Positions 25,371-38,715 of a stretch of 64,000 nt of DNA are shown piece by piece. The position numbers were made by a program, and so were the translations under genes. The stretch lies in contig NC_043008.1 in the NCBI RefSeq assembly GCF_006345805.1, forward strand, positions 3,038,001-3,102,000, written 5' to 3'. The stretch is from Octopus sinensis (taxonomy: Eukaryota). The notes under the pieces were generated by a model that did not search any database, was not told the DNA's origin, and saw only the letters and a list, made by a program, of their open reading frames with translations. Positions within the stretch are counted from its first letter, which is position 1. Every line of letters begins with the position of its first letter.

Positions 25371-26544
25371 AACATCTCACGTTCAGAATATCATTACACA
25401 ATATCATTGGCACAATGGTGTTTCCTAAAACACTTTATTATCACTGCGAAAATATTGCTTAGAATAGAACTGTACCTAAGCTACCTGTAAATAAAGAGTA
25501 ATACTTAGTACAGCCCCGAGGAAATTTGCTTAGGAGAGCTGTAAAGTAAATAGTCTTTCTAGTGCGCAAATGAGCAAAGAACGCTCAGTATATTAGTGAA
25601 TAATTAGTGTTTACGAAGGAACTAAGACAACAATACATTGACACAGCAGTATTCACTATTACTAAGAGTAAACGTTAGTTAACAACGCCCTGAACAAATT
25701 CTTCTGTATATTTCTTCTATGTATAATTCCTTCTATTCTTCTTAAATAGAAACCTTCCAAGGGAGATTTCTGTTTAAAAGAAATTATGGTATCGAATTCA
25801 CGTGTTCGTTTATTCAAGGTTACTGTTGGAAAAGAAAACAATGTTATACAAAAAACGGTGTAAAGCTATCAGCACAATAGTTAAAATAATTAGCATCATA
25901 TCTTTCGGAGAAACGAAAAGAAAAATGCATAGAAATGGTGAGAGAAATAGGTCATTTAAAGAAAAACACTCTTTATAAGCGGGAAGAGAGGAAATAGATG
26001 AGAAGTAGAAGATAGACAAATCACATAATAGATACCCTTAGGAGGAGCTTCACAGGAGTTTTTTGACATTTTCTAAAACGGAACAAATAATATTGAAAAT
26101 TTCGATTCCAACAAAGAAACAAAGAGAAAACCAGTGGTATTAGCCCCAATGAGAAAGCGGTACTTTATATAAAGATTATTAAGAGATTAATGAAGATTAA
26201 AACTACACTCGTAGAAACAAAGTGATGTTTTCTTTGTAAGCATTTTCATGGAGACATGTCTAGCAATAATTTTTTTATAATAGTTCTACTCAAGATTTTT
26301 ATGAGGATTTAAATTTTAGATACAAAGATTTGTAGTCACATGCGTAGAAATATGAATACCATTAGAGTTTCTAGATGTCCAATTATTGCAAAGTTGAAAA
26401 TCATTAAGCAAATGTCAAACTGGAAGGAATCAACATTTCCAGCCGGCGAAAATGAATCAGGGGTTTCCCTCAACAAACAGAAAAAAGAAGTAAATAAATA
26501 AATAGATATAAATGAATGAAAAAGACTACACTCTTACAGCTGTT

Positions 26545-26682
26545 TCTTATTTCTTTACTGCCCACAAGGGGCTACACACCGAGGGGACACACAAGGATGA
26601 AAGGCAAAGACGACCTCGGCGGAATTTGAACTCAGAACGTAACGGCAGACGAAATACCGCTAAGCATTTCGCCCGCCGCCTC
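26545..26682 (-). mobile_element. Internally deleted SINE family 1 copy with 17-bp target-site duplication
   Basis: TSD ctcttacagctgtttct (26531-26547) and ctcttacacctgtttct (26680-26696). Confidence 0.85.
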
Positions 26683-27034
26683 TTACACCTGTTTCTACTA
26701 TGGGGTTGTCCAATTTACCCAGGTTCGTATTATTTATTTAATTGTTTATATGTTTATTTATTTTGATTACTTATACATGTAATTGTAATTAATTAATAAA
26801 TAGATCCAAATGAATGTTTACAGTCTGATATTTGTCAATTGATTATCCTCTCCATTTTCATATTTGCCTTATAAATTATGGATACGTTTCTAATTTACCC
26901 CCACTCATATCTGTACCAATTGCACTGTTGCCCTGCAACAGTAAGCACTTGAATATAAATACGTAGGTAAACATCCAATAGTATATTGGATACTTATAAT
27001 CCCTTTGATGGTTGCTTAACCTCTAACTCATATA

Positions 27035-27037
<3 letters not shown>

Positions 27038-27126
<89 letters not shown>

Positions 27127-27132
27127 TATATA
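27038..27132. repeat. (TA)n microsatellite
   Basis: Direct reading. Confidence 0.95.
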
Positions 27133-27139
27133 CATATCC

Positions 27140-27291
27140 AATCTTCTATCAGTTTCCGTCTTCCAAATATAATCACAAGGCTTTGGTTGGTTTGAGGGCA
27201 GAGTAGAGGACACGTGTAGAAATTGCCACGCAGTGGGACTGAACCCGGAACAATGTGGCTGGGAAACATGCTTTCTAGCACACAGCCACAC
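27140..27291 (-). mobile_element. SINE family 2 5' half
   Basis: tcagtttccgtc...cacaaggctttggttgg...gccacgcagtgggactgaacccggaac...acacagccac is the reverse complement of a tRNA-like head. Confidence 0.8.
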
Positions 27292-29267
27292 ATGAGCCAG
27301 GATGGGCGAAGCACTCTCATGATTTGAGTACGTAGAACCAGGATGTAAAATGGTGCTGAAATGGAACGATAAATACCAGCAGGAATCACAATTTAATTGG
27401 AGAGCTAGACCAAACGTTTGAGAAAACGGTTTACTTAGAATTCGAGAGACCGACGGATACAGGTTTGAGTGAAAACAAAAATCAAAATTTGAACGAGAGC
27501 TACAATTCGTGTCGTTAAAACATGGCTGAGTCTCAATATTTAGGGAAACGCTATCGCTTTAAATAGCTTTTATTTATCTAAGTATTCATACGACTTTCAA
27601 GACCCAATACTCTATAAATTCTTTTGAGAATATGTGAAGTCCGAGATATAATCGAAATAAATTAAACTTCAATTCTAGAATTCAACAAGGACCCAGGAAC
27701 AGCAGCTGAAATGTAAAATGGCAGTGTAATTGTTTTCGTTTTTATTTTAATTCATTTTTCCCTGGGTTCTTCTTTATCTCTTCGCACAGAATATTTCCCT
27801 ACAGGCTCAAACGTGAAGATTGCTACGGGGCACGTGAAGATTAAGCTTCCTTAACTTTACAGTAAACTATTCCTCTCTTACTCTCCCTCCTTTCTCTCTA
27901 TCTTTTCCTCAGTTGTAAATCACAACTTATTTCAATTTTAGCTGATATTTGGATAAGTTAAGGCTTGATGTGATATGTCTGAACATTTTGTAGAATATTC
28001 ATTTCTTGAATACAAATTTATTTACATCAAAACGTTAACTGCCAACAAAAACATATTCAGATTTCCAAAAATATATTCCGATTTAATACTTTCAAAAATT
28101 TCTCGTAGTATTCTAAGATGTCCCCGTTCTGCCAATGGGCCAAATGAATCAATTATACATAAATTGATTATGAAGGTTAAAGCGAAACCATATATTGCTT
28201 ACTGGCGACATCACAGTATATATATTTACCATTAATTAGAATCTGCCAGTAAGAGTTTAAAAAAATTACAGAATCACTGTAATTTTTCGATTTGAGATAA
28301 TAAGGCATCGACCATGTATTCCAGTGTGTTTTGTACTCACCCGTCTCACATGCTAAGTATGTTCAATACAACAATATGTAGCGAACGAAAAACAAGGAAG
28401 ATTCAAAGAGTATGAAATTATTTTGAAAACATCAGAAAAAAAGTAATTGTTTTAAAAGAAAAGATAATTAAGTATTTATTAGCTAATTACTTACTAAATT
28501 AATAACGATTTAATTATTAATTAAAACAATTTATCAAAGTAATTGCAACTTAAGTAAAAAACAAATATGTAAAGGATAATTAAAGCACAGAAACATCTGA
28601 AGAATATCTTCAACAAGTAAATTTCAAACCAATCAAATCAGCATATTAAAATTATTGCAGTATTTGAACCAGAATGTCCATGGGAAATAAAAAGAAAATT
28701 TTGGAACTTACACAATGTCTGGGAGATTTATTAGAGGATTATCAGCTTTACTAAAGATGTCTGACAATGGTTGCATGGCAATAATTTTCGAGTAGTAGGA
28801 CATGCTATAATTTCAACCTCAGTAATACAATACAACCCATTATAACGATCCAGAAGGATAAAAGTTAAAAACTGCTTAAGCAAAATTGGAACTCAGATAG
28901 CAAAGAGTCGTAAACAAATACTGCAAGGCATGTCCTCAAACGGCACGTCCGTTCGATTATTCGTAACTTCTGGTAGAAAATTCATTTACGTACGTCATTA
29001 TCCACCCTTTAACATTCCCCACATAATCTTAATTTTCAAAGTTTGTGGTTATACCTCTAATTAAAAAAAAAAAACGGAAGTTTATTAAACTACCTGTCTT
29101 TACATCATGAATTTTAACATATTTATTCCATAAGTCTCGTCCTATCAACTATTTAATTGTTCAACATTTAATTATATATGGATAGAATCACGCATACACA
29201 CACACACAAACACACACACGTGTGTGCGCATGTATCTGTGAACGCGCTGGCGTGTGTATATATGCGC

Positions 29268-29305
<38 letters not shown>

Positions 29306-29456
29306 GTGTATGTATGTGTGTGTGTGTGTGATATGTGAATTAATTAGAAAATTCTCCCTGCACAATTTGAAAGGCCATATTTGTAACATCATGGGAAACA
29401 TGACCGTCCTTTATAAAAATAATTCACATATTCATCATGAATACAAACATATACAT

Positions 29457-29553
<97 letters not shown>

Positions 29554-29823
29554 CACAAACACATTCTAAATTGCATTTTAGTATCCAACACAACCTTATT
29601 TAATGATGAATGTTTTGTTATCAATGAGAGCGGAAAGTCTTACCATGGCTATTTGCATTACAGGATAGTATTTAACCTGAGGATTTGCTTACTGAAAGAA
29701 TGCTGAAAAGTAATTGTTTATTGGTCACTGTGTACTCTATGAAGTCGACCTACCTGCGTAATATATAGAATAGTACATTATTTACATTTGACGGATATTT
29801 GTTCTCATCATATCTGTTGTTAA

Positions 29824-29865
29824 CACAATGTTTCGCTTCATATACCCTCCAGCCTTCATTAGGTG
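29824..29865 (-). ncRNA. Degenerate minimal hammerhead motif
   Basis: Reverse complement CAC-CUAAUGA-AGGCUG(gagggtatat)GAAGC-GAAA-CA-UU-GUG; G5A in the core and a damaged stem II, so probably inactive. Confidence 0.55.
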
Positions 29866-29939
29866 TATTGGGGAAATTTCGAACCTAGGTTCTCATTCTT
29901 AAGGTATTTTTTATGTTATTGTTATTATTATTCAGTTCA

Positions 29940-30002
29940 CTGAATCAAACTCAGAATCTTGGGGTTAGCAGCCTGCACTCTTAACCACTACGCCATATGC
30001 CC
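29940..30002 (-). promoter_or_regulatory. tRNA-derived Pol III promoter-like segment inside the Penelope 3' region
   Basis: Reverse complement gggcatatggcgtagtggttaagagtgcaggctgctaaccccaagattctgagtttgattca has an A-box (TGGCGTAGTGG) and a B-box-like GAGTTTGATTC. Confidence 0.65.
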
Positions 30003-30573
30003 GTGAGTAATTATGGAGTTGATTTTAGAGCTTATAAATCTAATATTTTCCTATCCTTCCTTAATACCAGTTCCCATATGCCACTCATATCTGCACTCAG
30101 TCTGCTTAGGAGGTTGTTGCGTCCTAGCATATGTGCTGCTTCTTTTAGTTTTCGTATTTTCCAGTGGTGTTCTCTGTCTATTATTTTAACTTCATCCCAC
30201 AGGGGGAGGTGGTCTCAATTTTTCTATACATGATCAGCTATACCTGATTTATCAATATCTCCTCGTGTCACAGCTTTGCGATTTTCGTCTACCCTTATTT
30301 TGAGGGGGTGGCATGTTTCGTCAGTGTAAAACCTACCACAGCTGCATGGGATGGAGTACGCGCAGCCTTTCGTCATAGTCTCTTCTATTGTTGGTTTTTC
30401 TCGAAGGAAATATTTGCGAGGTGTTGTATTACTCTTAAATACTGTCCTGACGTCATATGTGCCGTCATGTCTTTTGTATCTTTTCGGAGAGGGATTTCAC
30501 ATACGGCAGATAAATTGTGCATGTGGTTCTCTCTAATCAGGGAAAGCATCAGGATCTACTTATTGTTAACGAG

Positions 30574-30653
<80 letters not shown>

Positions 30654-30720
30654 CCGCGTGTGTATCGTTGGCGATTTTCTTTTTCTGTCTTCCCTGCCTT
30701 GGACCTTTCCTTTTTCTATG

Positions 30721-30753
30721 TTTCTGACGAAGAGCTGAGCTCGAAACGTTAAA
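30721..30753 (+). ncRNA. Minimal type-I hammerhead motif
   Basis: UUU-CUGACGA-A-GAGC(UGA)GCUC-GAAA-CG-UU-AAA; canonical core, palindromic ACGU helix III; within a repeat at about 30652-30852 between TA tracts. Confidence 0.75.
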
Positions 30754-30869
30754 TCCTCCTTCTTTCTTTCATTTTCTGATCGTCCAATAACACTATACTT
30801 GTTCCACGTGCTCGCGTTGTTGTGTTTTCTCTTTGTTCATGTTTGGATTAACTATATATATGTATATAT

Positions 30870-30917
<48 letters not shown>

Positions 30918-31057
30918 AGAGAGAGAGAGAGAGATAGAGAGAAAGAGAGAGAGAGAGAGAGGAGAAAGAATTTACAAAAGAAAGACAACAAAAGACGAAA
31001 ACGAGTGTGTAAACAACAAACTGATGTCATAGTTTAACGCTCGGAAAATGGAAAAGT

Positions 31058-31093
31058 CTTTTACGTTTCGAGCCTAAACTCTTCGACAGAAAG
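31058..31093 (-). ncRNA. Minimal type-I hammerhead motif (A6U core variant)
   Basis: Reverse complement CUUU-CUGUCGA-A-GAGU(UUAG)GCUC-GAAA-CG-UA-AAAG. Confidence 0.65.
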
Positions 31094-31159
31094 GAACACA
31101 GAAATAAACAGTGAGAGAAAATAGGAAAACGGCGTGGCTCCTATCAAATTCTCTCTTCT

Positions 31160-31207
<48 letters not shown>

Positions 31208-33761
31208 TCACGTTTTGTTTGCAAAATCCTCGATGGCGAAAATGAAATGTATGTCGTAGTCGCCGAAGCGCGTTTTGCTTTGGAAGCAGAGGATGAAAAT
31301 GTATGACAGCCGACGAACAAATGTGATGAATTCCAGGACTGCTGTTCATCTAACTTTGTTCCATATCAACAAAATTTAGGCCGTTTCCAGCAGGTAGAAA
31401 AAGAGGCTCTATAGTTTGCGCCAGGAATATATGCGCAAAATACGGAAACTTTATGCAAAACATTTTGTAGAACACGTTCCCAACGGATGAGCAGCCAATT
31501 TGATCTCATTAAGCATGTCATCTAATCAAGGACTTCTCCATTTAATTTTTGATGCATTTGTTCACGGGATATTTTTGTGTGTGTGTGTGTGTACGTGTGT
31601 GCGCGCGAGTGTGTGCGTACGTGCGTGTGTGTGTGTATACAGAGAGAGAGATAGAGAGAGGAGAAGAGAAAGGGATGGATAGATAAATACCTATGCATAC
31701 GTGGCAAACAACGAGAATGAGCGTTCAAAACCGCATTAAGTTGTATATATGTATGCATATGTACAACGAAATATCTATATGTGTATCTATTTCAGCAAAC
31801 TACACTGGCAGAGGAAAGCCGTTTGGAACCGCTAGATGTTTAACGAACCCACAAAAAAGTTTCGACCAACTCTTTCTCAAACTTGTATATGTGCATTCCA
31901 TATTAGATACGATAAACCTACATGAACATAAAGGACAGATGAACAAGAGAGGAATTACTTTGATCAACTTTCTACCCAAATTTGGCTACTAATGTACTAA
32001 ACTATAATAGCAACAGCAAAATTATCTACGCTATCAATAACCATAACAATAAGATCTAAATCTTCTTTATTTACTTTCAGCGACCCAGGTTGTTCCCGGC
32101 ATTTGAGAATGTGTGCATCCCACTCTACATCACACGTTCGTTATAAGAAAAGTTTCAGCGGCGTTTGGCAAACACTAAATCCCCGTAAACAGTGTTTCGT
32201 TTCTATTTTTACTTTAGTGTCAACCTGAAGTGAGAGAATGCAGCGAAATTTCACAGTAATACTGAATCTAATAAGGTTGCTTGTGTTTTTTTTAATCAAA
32301 ATTACTTGTCAACATTTTCGCATATATCATGCTGGAAATGTTAAGGTACCGATATTTGGACGTTATTTGTCACTGGGAAAGCGTCTGTTATATCTCCTCC
32401 ATCCGTTAAATGCACCATCTGGCTTTGTGAAATTGCCAATCCATGATAATCTATGAGTTTGTGCAACCCTGCAACTGAATCTACTGCAATTTGTCAGCCT
32501 GGCTAATCATGTTCAAAATTTTCAGCAGATCGAGGGAAATAATTTTAAAACTTTCAGTGATAGAAGATGACGAAGATTGTTAATCGAGCGTGGATATACG
32601 AAGCGTATTGGCACATTTGTTCCCCTGGAATGTTTCTGTGAGTTTACAGATGCTTTGCTCTCACACGCAATCTGGTAACAGTCTGTCCAGGAATCGGTCC
32701 TTTTTCTTCCCTCAAGCTTAGCGAATTCCTCGTCGTGAATTTGGGGAGGTACATGAGATTTTAGTGCTCGCAACTGGGGTGTATCCAGGAAATTTTCTCC
32801 TAGATATTCAGGTGCTCTACGATGCTGGTATTGAATCCTTCATTGAAGCTCCATATTGTGCAAAGAAGTAGTAATTTGTTGTTGCGGTCTTCTCTGAACT
32901 TGATTTGGATATGCAATAATTAATTATTTCCCTAACATCAGAACGGAAGTTAAAAATCTTGTTACAATTCATATCATTTGTGGTACACTGAGATTCTTCC
33001 GATGACTGTTGCCTTTTTTTCTTCTCCAAGATACAATCGGAACGATAAGGCCGCGCCAAACATTGGACACTTTTCATCACGACGTAATATATGAGCATTG
33101 CTTGGTTTTCACACGTCGACCTGTTTTATACAATCTCACAATTTCCGATCCATCACTTCCACCATCCACTGAATTAGTTCTCATGTAGGTAATGCAGCGT
33201 TTTCATGCGTTTTATTTATATTTATATTGTTGTGAAGTTTATGAACATTTCGTTTCTCCTTTTGTGGTATTCGATCAGGCAAATGTGAGCACCGTCAGTT
33301 GCAGTTTGCAATCGAAAATTGAAAGAACAAAATTATCTGATGCACAATATGCGATCCAGTTACCAATTCCCAATTGCATGCAGGGTACTCATAGTGACAA
33401 CGCTGCTCGGTTACTCATGGCTCAGCCAGAAACAAGACTATTTTCCTCCAATAACGAAGGCCCCTATAAGCCTACGACACCTGTGCACATGTTTCCAGCC
33501 TTAAAATGAGCGTAACCGCCCATTCGATTTCGCTGTCACTAATTATTCACAGGATTTACCCCCGAGTTTTAACATTCGATAGTCATAGGTGTCACTGTGT
33601 ATGATGTACGCCCAAATACCAACGACATTTGCAATTCCCTCGTTTCTTGTAACAAAAAAATGGGCGTGGCCAAAATGCCTGCGAATGTATCGGGATCATT
33701 ATAGGAGGATCAGACAATTTTCCATATAAGTACACAGACACACACTATATATGCATGTTTG

Positions 33762-33797
<36 letters not shown>

Positions 33798-34399
33798 GAA
33801 TTCGTCGAATCATATACTACGAAGTGCTCGTTGCTTCGTGTATCTATATCCTACTTATTCGCCTGCACACACACACACACACACACGCATTATTAGACCT
33901 GAGTGGGCAGGAAGTATTAAGAGACTATTTTTTATTGTTTTGTTCTTTATGGCTTAATATGATTTTGCTAATGTGTGTGCTGTGCGTGGGCCTGTTTATC
34001 AGTGTAGATATTAAATCTCAAATTATTAGCAAAATCTAATCTTTGTTTATGTCAGCTGGTTTTCGTTATTTTTTGGGTCTTGTCATTTACAGCAGAAGCT
34101 CCTATTATTCTTTATTGAATTGATGTTTTGAATTTGGAAAACAACGGAACCTTCATAAAGAATACCTCCAACATTTCAAACATCAAATACAAGACACGCT
34201 ACATTTGTAATTTAAACGTATGATATTTTCAAATCTGAGATGTTTTATACTGAAAATACGCACAAACATTTGCATATATACACAACACAAACGCCCACAA
34301 ATATCCTCACACATACATACATATATACATGAATGCATTCATACATATACATATATATAGACATATATATTTATATTTATACATGTACATACAAATATA

Positions 34400-34494
<95 letters not shown>

Positions 34495-35219
34495 AGAGAG
34501 AGAGAGAGGGGCAGACACAGAGAAGAGAATACAGATATACACATAAATATACATACATTATTCCATATAACTTTTTTTAACATCAAAGACGTGATGTGTG
34601 ATAATAAAATTACTTTTAGAATATTTTGAGCCAGATATAGCCAATACCGATATTACACGGTTAGATATTGATGGAAATGTTTGATAATGGCTTATTTATC
34701 TTTTGGTTCTTTCTTTGAGTATTGATTAATTTTCATGTCGACTATATTGACGCAATATTTTGTAGTGTTTGTTTATAGGATTGTTAAATTTCTTTCATAA
34801 ATTTCCTTATTAATAAAATGTAGATAGATAAGTAATGCTATTGTAACAGTACTCTTCTCTTCCTGTATCTTTATATAGCCACGTATCTCTCGTTTTCTAT
34901 GTATAATCACTTAATATTTATATTATCCTATCATCATCCTTCAATTTAAGCCAATAGAATGGAAAAATGATTGCTTTCATAAAATATTTATTTTAATTAT
35001 TTTTCCAGTTTTTAATTTTAATCTTTCCTCCTGAAATGTTTTATTATTTGTACTACATTTAATTTAACTCGTATTTCCACCTCTCAACACCCGGTTATTA
35101 CATGATATGATGATAACAACAATAATGTGAAAAAATAATTCCTTTATTGTCCACAAACAAGGGCTGAAGCATGCAATACAAAACGCATTATATAGAACGT
35201 GTTAGAAAATACGTCTGTA

Positions 35220-35263
35220 TAAATATAAGTAAATATAAATATAAACAAGTATATATATATGTA

Positions 35264-35295
<32 letters not shown>

Positions 35296-35296
35296 C

Positions 35297-35370
<74 letters not shown>

Positions 35371-35537
35371 ATATATATATTATATATATATATATGTATG
35401 TATACATATATTTATATATACGTATGGGGGTGGAGAGAGAGGATATATATATTAAATATTTATACATTATATATATGTGTGTACGTATATATATAAGCAA
35501 ATATAATTATGAACAAATATATATACCTATATAAATA

Positions 35538-35580
<43 letters not shown>

Positions 35581-35693
35581 GCGGTGGAGAGAGAGGATAT
35601 ATATTAAATATTTATACATTATATAATTATATATAATATGTGTGTGCGTATATATATATATACATATATATATATATACATATATACACACAC

Positions 35694-35746
<53 letters not shown>
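35220..35746. repeat. TA-rich tract with a ~155-bp-period tandem duplication
   Basis: ggtggagagagaggatatatat(at)taaatatttatacattatata occurs at about 35429 and 35584. Confidence 0.85.
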
Positions 35747-35747
<1 letters not shown>

Positions 35748-35949
35748 CGGAGGGGTGGCAAACAAGTGATAGAGTATATGACAGACGAATGCAGAGTTAC
35801 ATAAATGGGTGGAATTCCACTCGCACGGGTATGAATGTCTAACCCCTCTATCAGATCGAGGTACTCCACAACTCCGAGGATTTCGATCGTTTCCTTCAGT
35901 TTGGATCCCTATTATCTGAGTTTAAATGAACAGTAAAATATTCCCGCTC

Positions 35950-36420
35950 CTGTAGTGAGTAGTTAGATAGCATCAACAAATGGGATGTTGTTAGTATGTG
36001 TTATGTTCGCATTTTATATAACCTGATCTTTCGCCTTCTTTTTATCACCACATTTTCCTGCAACTCATTCACTATATTTCACAACAGCCACTCAAGGGAT
36101 GTCCACAAATTAATGATGTTCTGATACTGCACTCGAAGAAGGACAATTTGGTCGATCTGTTTTCCTCTCGGCCAGTTCAAAATAGGATCAATGCGTGTGC
36201 ATGTGGAGATTTCTTCAAATGATAATGTCCATCGGCAACACCATCACGGAAAGAATATCTGGAAGTTACATATAGAAGCTTTGACTCAAAAGTTTTCCGA
36301 AACAAGCCACTCGCTTCGCTCTCTTTCATACTGAGGGTTTCATTCGCTGTTAACCTCCCCTCTAAAATGCAACACACATCAATTGCCTTAATCAACTAAT
36401 AGGGGCAGTAAGCATCTGAA
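35950..36420 (-). mobile_element. Decayed AP-endonuclease domain of a LINE
   Basis: IKAIDVCCILEGRL resembles the APE DIxCxQETRW motif; GVADG and KEGER-like downstream motifs. Confidence 0.45.
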
Positions 36421-37404
36421 AGTATTCTCAAGTCTAGAGTGCACTAACATTTTCTCTGTGACGCCTTTATTGCACCTCAGTACACTTTGCATGCGGAGTT
36501 CAATTTACTGTAGATACTGGCAAAAGATGGAGTGGGTATCTATAAAACAAATCCGTTCAGCAAGGAGTAGAGTAACAGACTACCAGTCTGTTCCATAAAT
36601 CGCCTCTTTGCTGGTCCACCTGAAAACCCAGAGCGACTGAAGCTAAGTCATTTAAATTGTTTGTTTCTTTTCCTTGACAATACGGTCTGGAATGGCTATG
36701 CAATGCTGTGCTGTTCGCACTTGTACATAATTCCATGTCCCCCTACATGGCCTTGCTTTTTGCTTTCTGAGCCAAAAAATTACCTAACTAACTAACTTGG
36801 ATTTCTTCTTATTGTAATTGTTGTATTTCATGATGACACTTGCTGAGCAGTGTGGAGTCTCTTGAGGCTTGACTTCTTTCCCAGTAAAGTCACTTTTCTT
36901 TATAACAGGAATATCAGTTGATTCGTTAAACGATAAAGTTTGAGTGAATATATCCACAACCCCTTTTATTCAGTAGACAACGTGTTTGAAAATAATTCAG
37001 CATTGTTGGAAAATTAAACCTAAAATACGAACAGCAATTTTACAATCAATAAATCTGTTAAACAATGTAGACCATTCCGTACTCAAGACAGGAGATGCTC
37101 TGCTATGTTTGAAAACAAAATGCAACGATTTTAGGAGTCTTAATCGGGAAAATGCAGAGAATTATGGAAATAAGGTACCAGCTTAAAAGTAACATCAGGG
37201 GTTTTTTGCCATTGATTTTAATAATGATTTCTAATTTACGTGCAACACCTGGGAAGTACATTTAATCAGAACCATCGGCTCCAGGACCTGACTTCTGTTT
37301 CAAAGGTAACCTCGGTTTGATTTCAACCTAAAATGTAAAGCGCCAGACCACATAATAGAAAAACTTTTTCGCCGATACAGTAACGAGTTTGATAATCACT
37401 CGTA

Positions 37405-37503
37405 ATGATGGTGGTGATGATGATGATGATGAGGAGGAGGATGAGCAGGATTATGATGATGATGGTGATGATGATGATGAAGATGATGATGATGATGATG
37501 ATG
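37405..37503. repeat. (GAT)n tract
   Basis: Direct reading. Confidence 0.95.
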
Positions 37504-37799
37504 CACCCAAATAAGAGGTGGATCAAAGTTCCAGTAAATACCATGGAAAATAAATATTAAGAAATAAGATAGATAATAAGAGATAGGATCTATCAACACA
37601 TCGTCAAATCAAGACAACATTACTCGACGACAGAAACGGAAAGCAACAACCACAGCAAAACAAGATGTACGCGAAATAAAATACGCCTAAAACTGAAAGA
37701 ATTTCGTCATAAAAAGGAAAAGATAAGGATTCTTTGAACAAAACAGTTTTATTCTAATGCAAAACGATTCTAGTAAAAACCTTGGTAAAAATGTATTGG

Positions 37800-38060
37800 A
37801 GATGTATGCTGTGCTTTCAGCAATGGAAGTAAAATAATGTTGGGAAAGTGAAAGAATTACTCTGAGATAAGATTAAATAAAACAGTTTAACGCAGAACTT
37901 GAACAATTCTGGACGGTCATAAATACAGGGGAGCTAACTCCTATACCGCATACACGAAACAACGAATTGGAATAGAGTGCGCAGTAGAGATCCTGCAGAA
38001 AGGTTTCTCTTGGGGACAGCAAGGGTTATCAGAAGGGTTCGAAGCACTTGCAAGAATACG
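37800..38060 (+). mobile_element. Old R4/Dong-type LINE C-terminus
   Basis: ctgcagaaagg...cttggggacagcaagggttatcagaagggtt = LQK..LGTARVIRRV. Confidence 0.55.
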
Positions 38061-38086
38061 GAAAACTTATGGATACTGTAGGACAG

Positions 38087-38703
38087 TATTTACATTGGAT
38101 AAACATTACAAATCAGTACTCCTGCTTGCTGCTATGAAAATCATCCTGTGCCAGTCGCTAAAGGTAAAAATGTCACTACGCTCTAGAATTTTCCAATCAA
38201 CAATGACAGAACAATCCAGGCTAATCGACCAGACATAAATATTTAAAACAGGAAAGAAAATACTTGTAGACTAATTGATTTGTTTCCACTGATAAAAATA
38301 TATCTGCAAAGGAATTTGACAAACAAAGTAAATATAAAGACCTGGATATTGAAATACAAAAGACGTGGCATCTTAACACGAAAACTGTAATTGTGGGTAC
38401 CCTAGGTATAATAAAAAGGAGATGTCAGAATCATCTAGATAACATCCCAGTGGAACCATGTCTCAGAGAAATCCATAAGACTGTACAGACAATTACTGCC
38501 CACATCCTTAGAAAACCCTATCCATTTAAATTTGCGTTGTATTACATGAAGATATTTCGCTACTTCCCATCCTCAACCTGGCAGTCATACTGTACCATCC
38601 CTTATCTTTCACTCGCCCCAGGACACTGGGTGTGTCTCGGCAAGTGACTCTAACAAACATGCAGATTAAAAGTAAAAATAAAATTAATAACAATAATAAT
38701 AAC
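38087..38703 (+). mobile_element. R4/Dong-type LINE 3' end with restriction-like endonuclease and (AAT)n tail
   Basis: NFPINNDRTIQANRPDI...CRLID...KEFDKQSKYKDLDIEIQKTWHL...IVGTLGII...TAHILRK (RPD / PD-(D/E)xK REL domain), then a 3' UTR and AAT tail. Confidence 0.85.
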
Positions 38704-38715
38704 GAACAACAACAA

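Larger units (their letters stand above)
29760..30570 (-). mobile_element. Penelope-like element 3' portion: GIY-YIG ORF end, tRNA-like segment, degenerate hammerhead
   Basis: Minus translation LPYVKSLSEKIQK...MTKGCAYSIPCSCGRFYTDETCHPLKIRVDENRKAVTRGDIDKSGIADHV*...WDEVKIIDREHHWKIRKLKEAAHML...KILDL* is a typical PLE GIY-YIG with stops and a frameshift. Confidence 0.85.

Noticed and set aside
29940-30002. Functional tRNA gene
   Set aside because: No complete acceptor stem and a degenerate B-box; it is a tRNA-derived repeat segment, like the SINE heads.
35863-35925. Possible hammerhead on the minus strand (AACU-CAGAUAA...GAUC-GAAA...AGUU)
   Set aside because: Two non-compensatory core changes and no convincing helix III.
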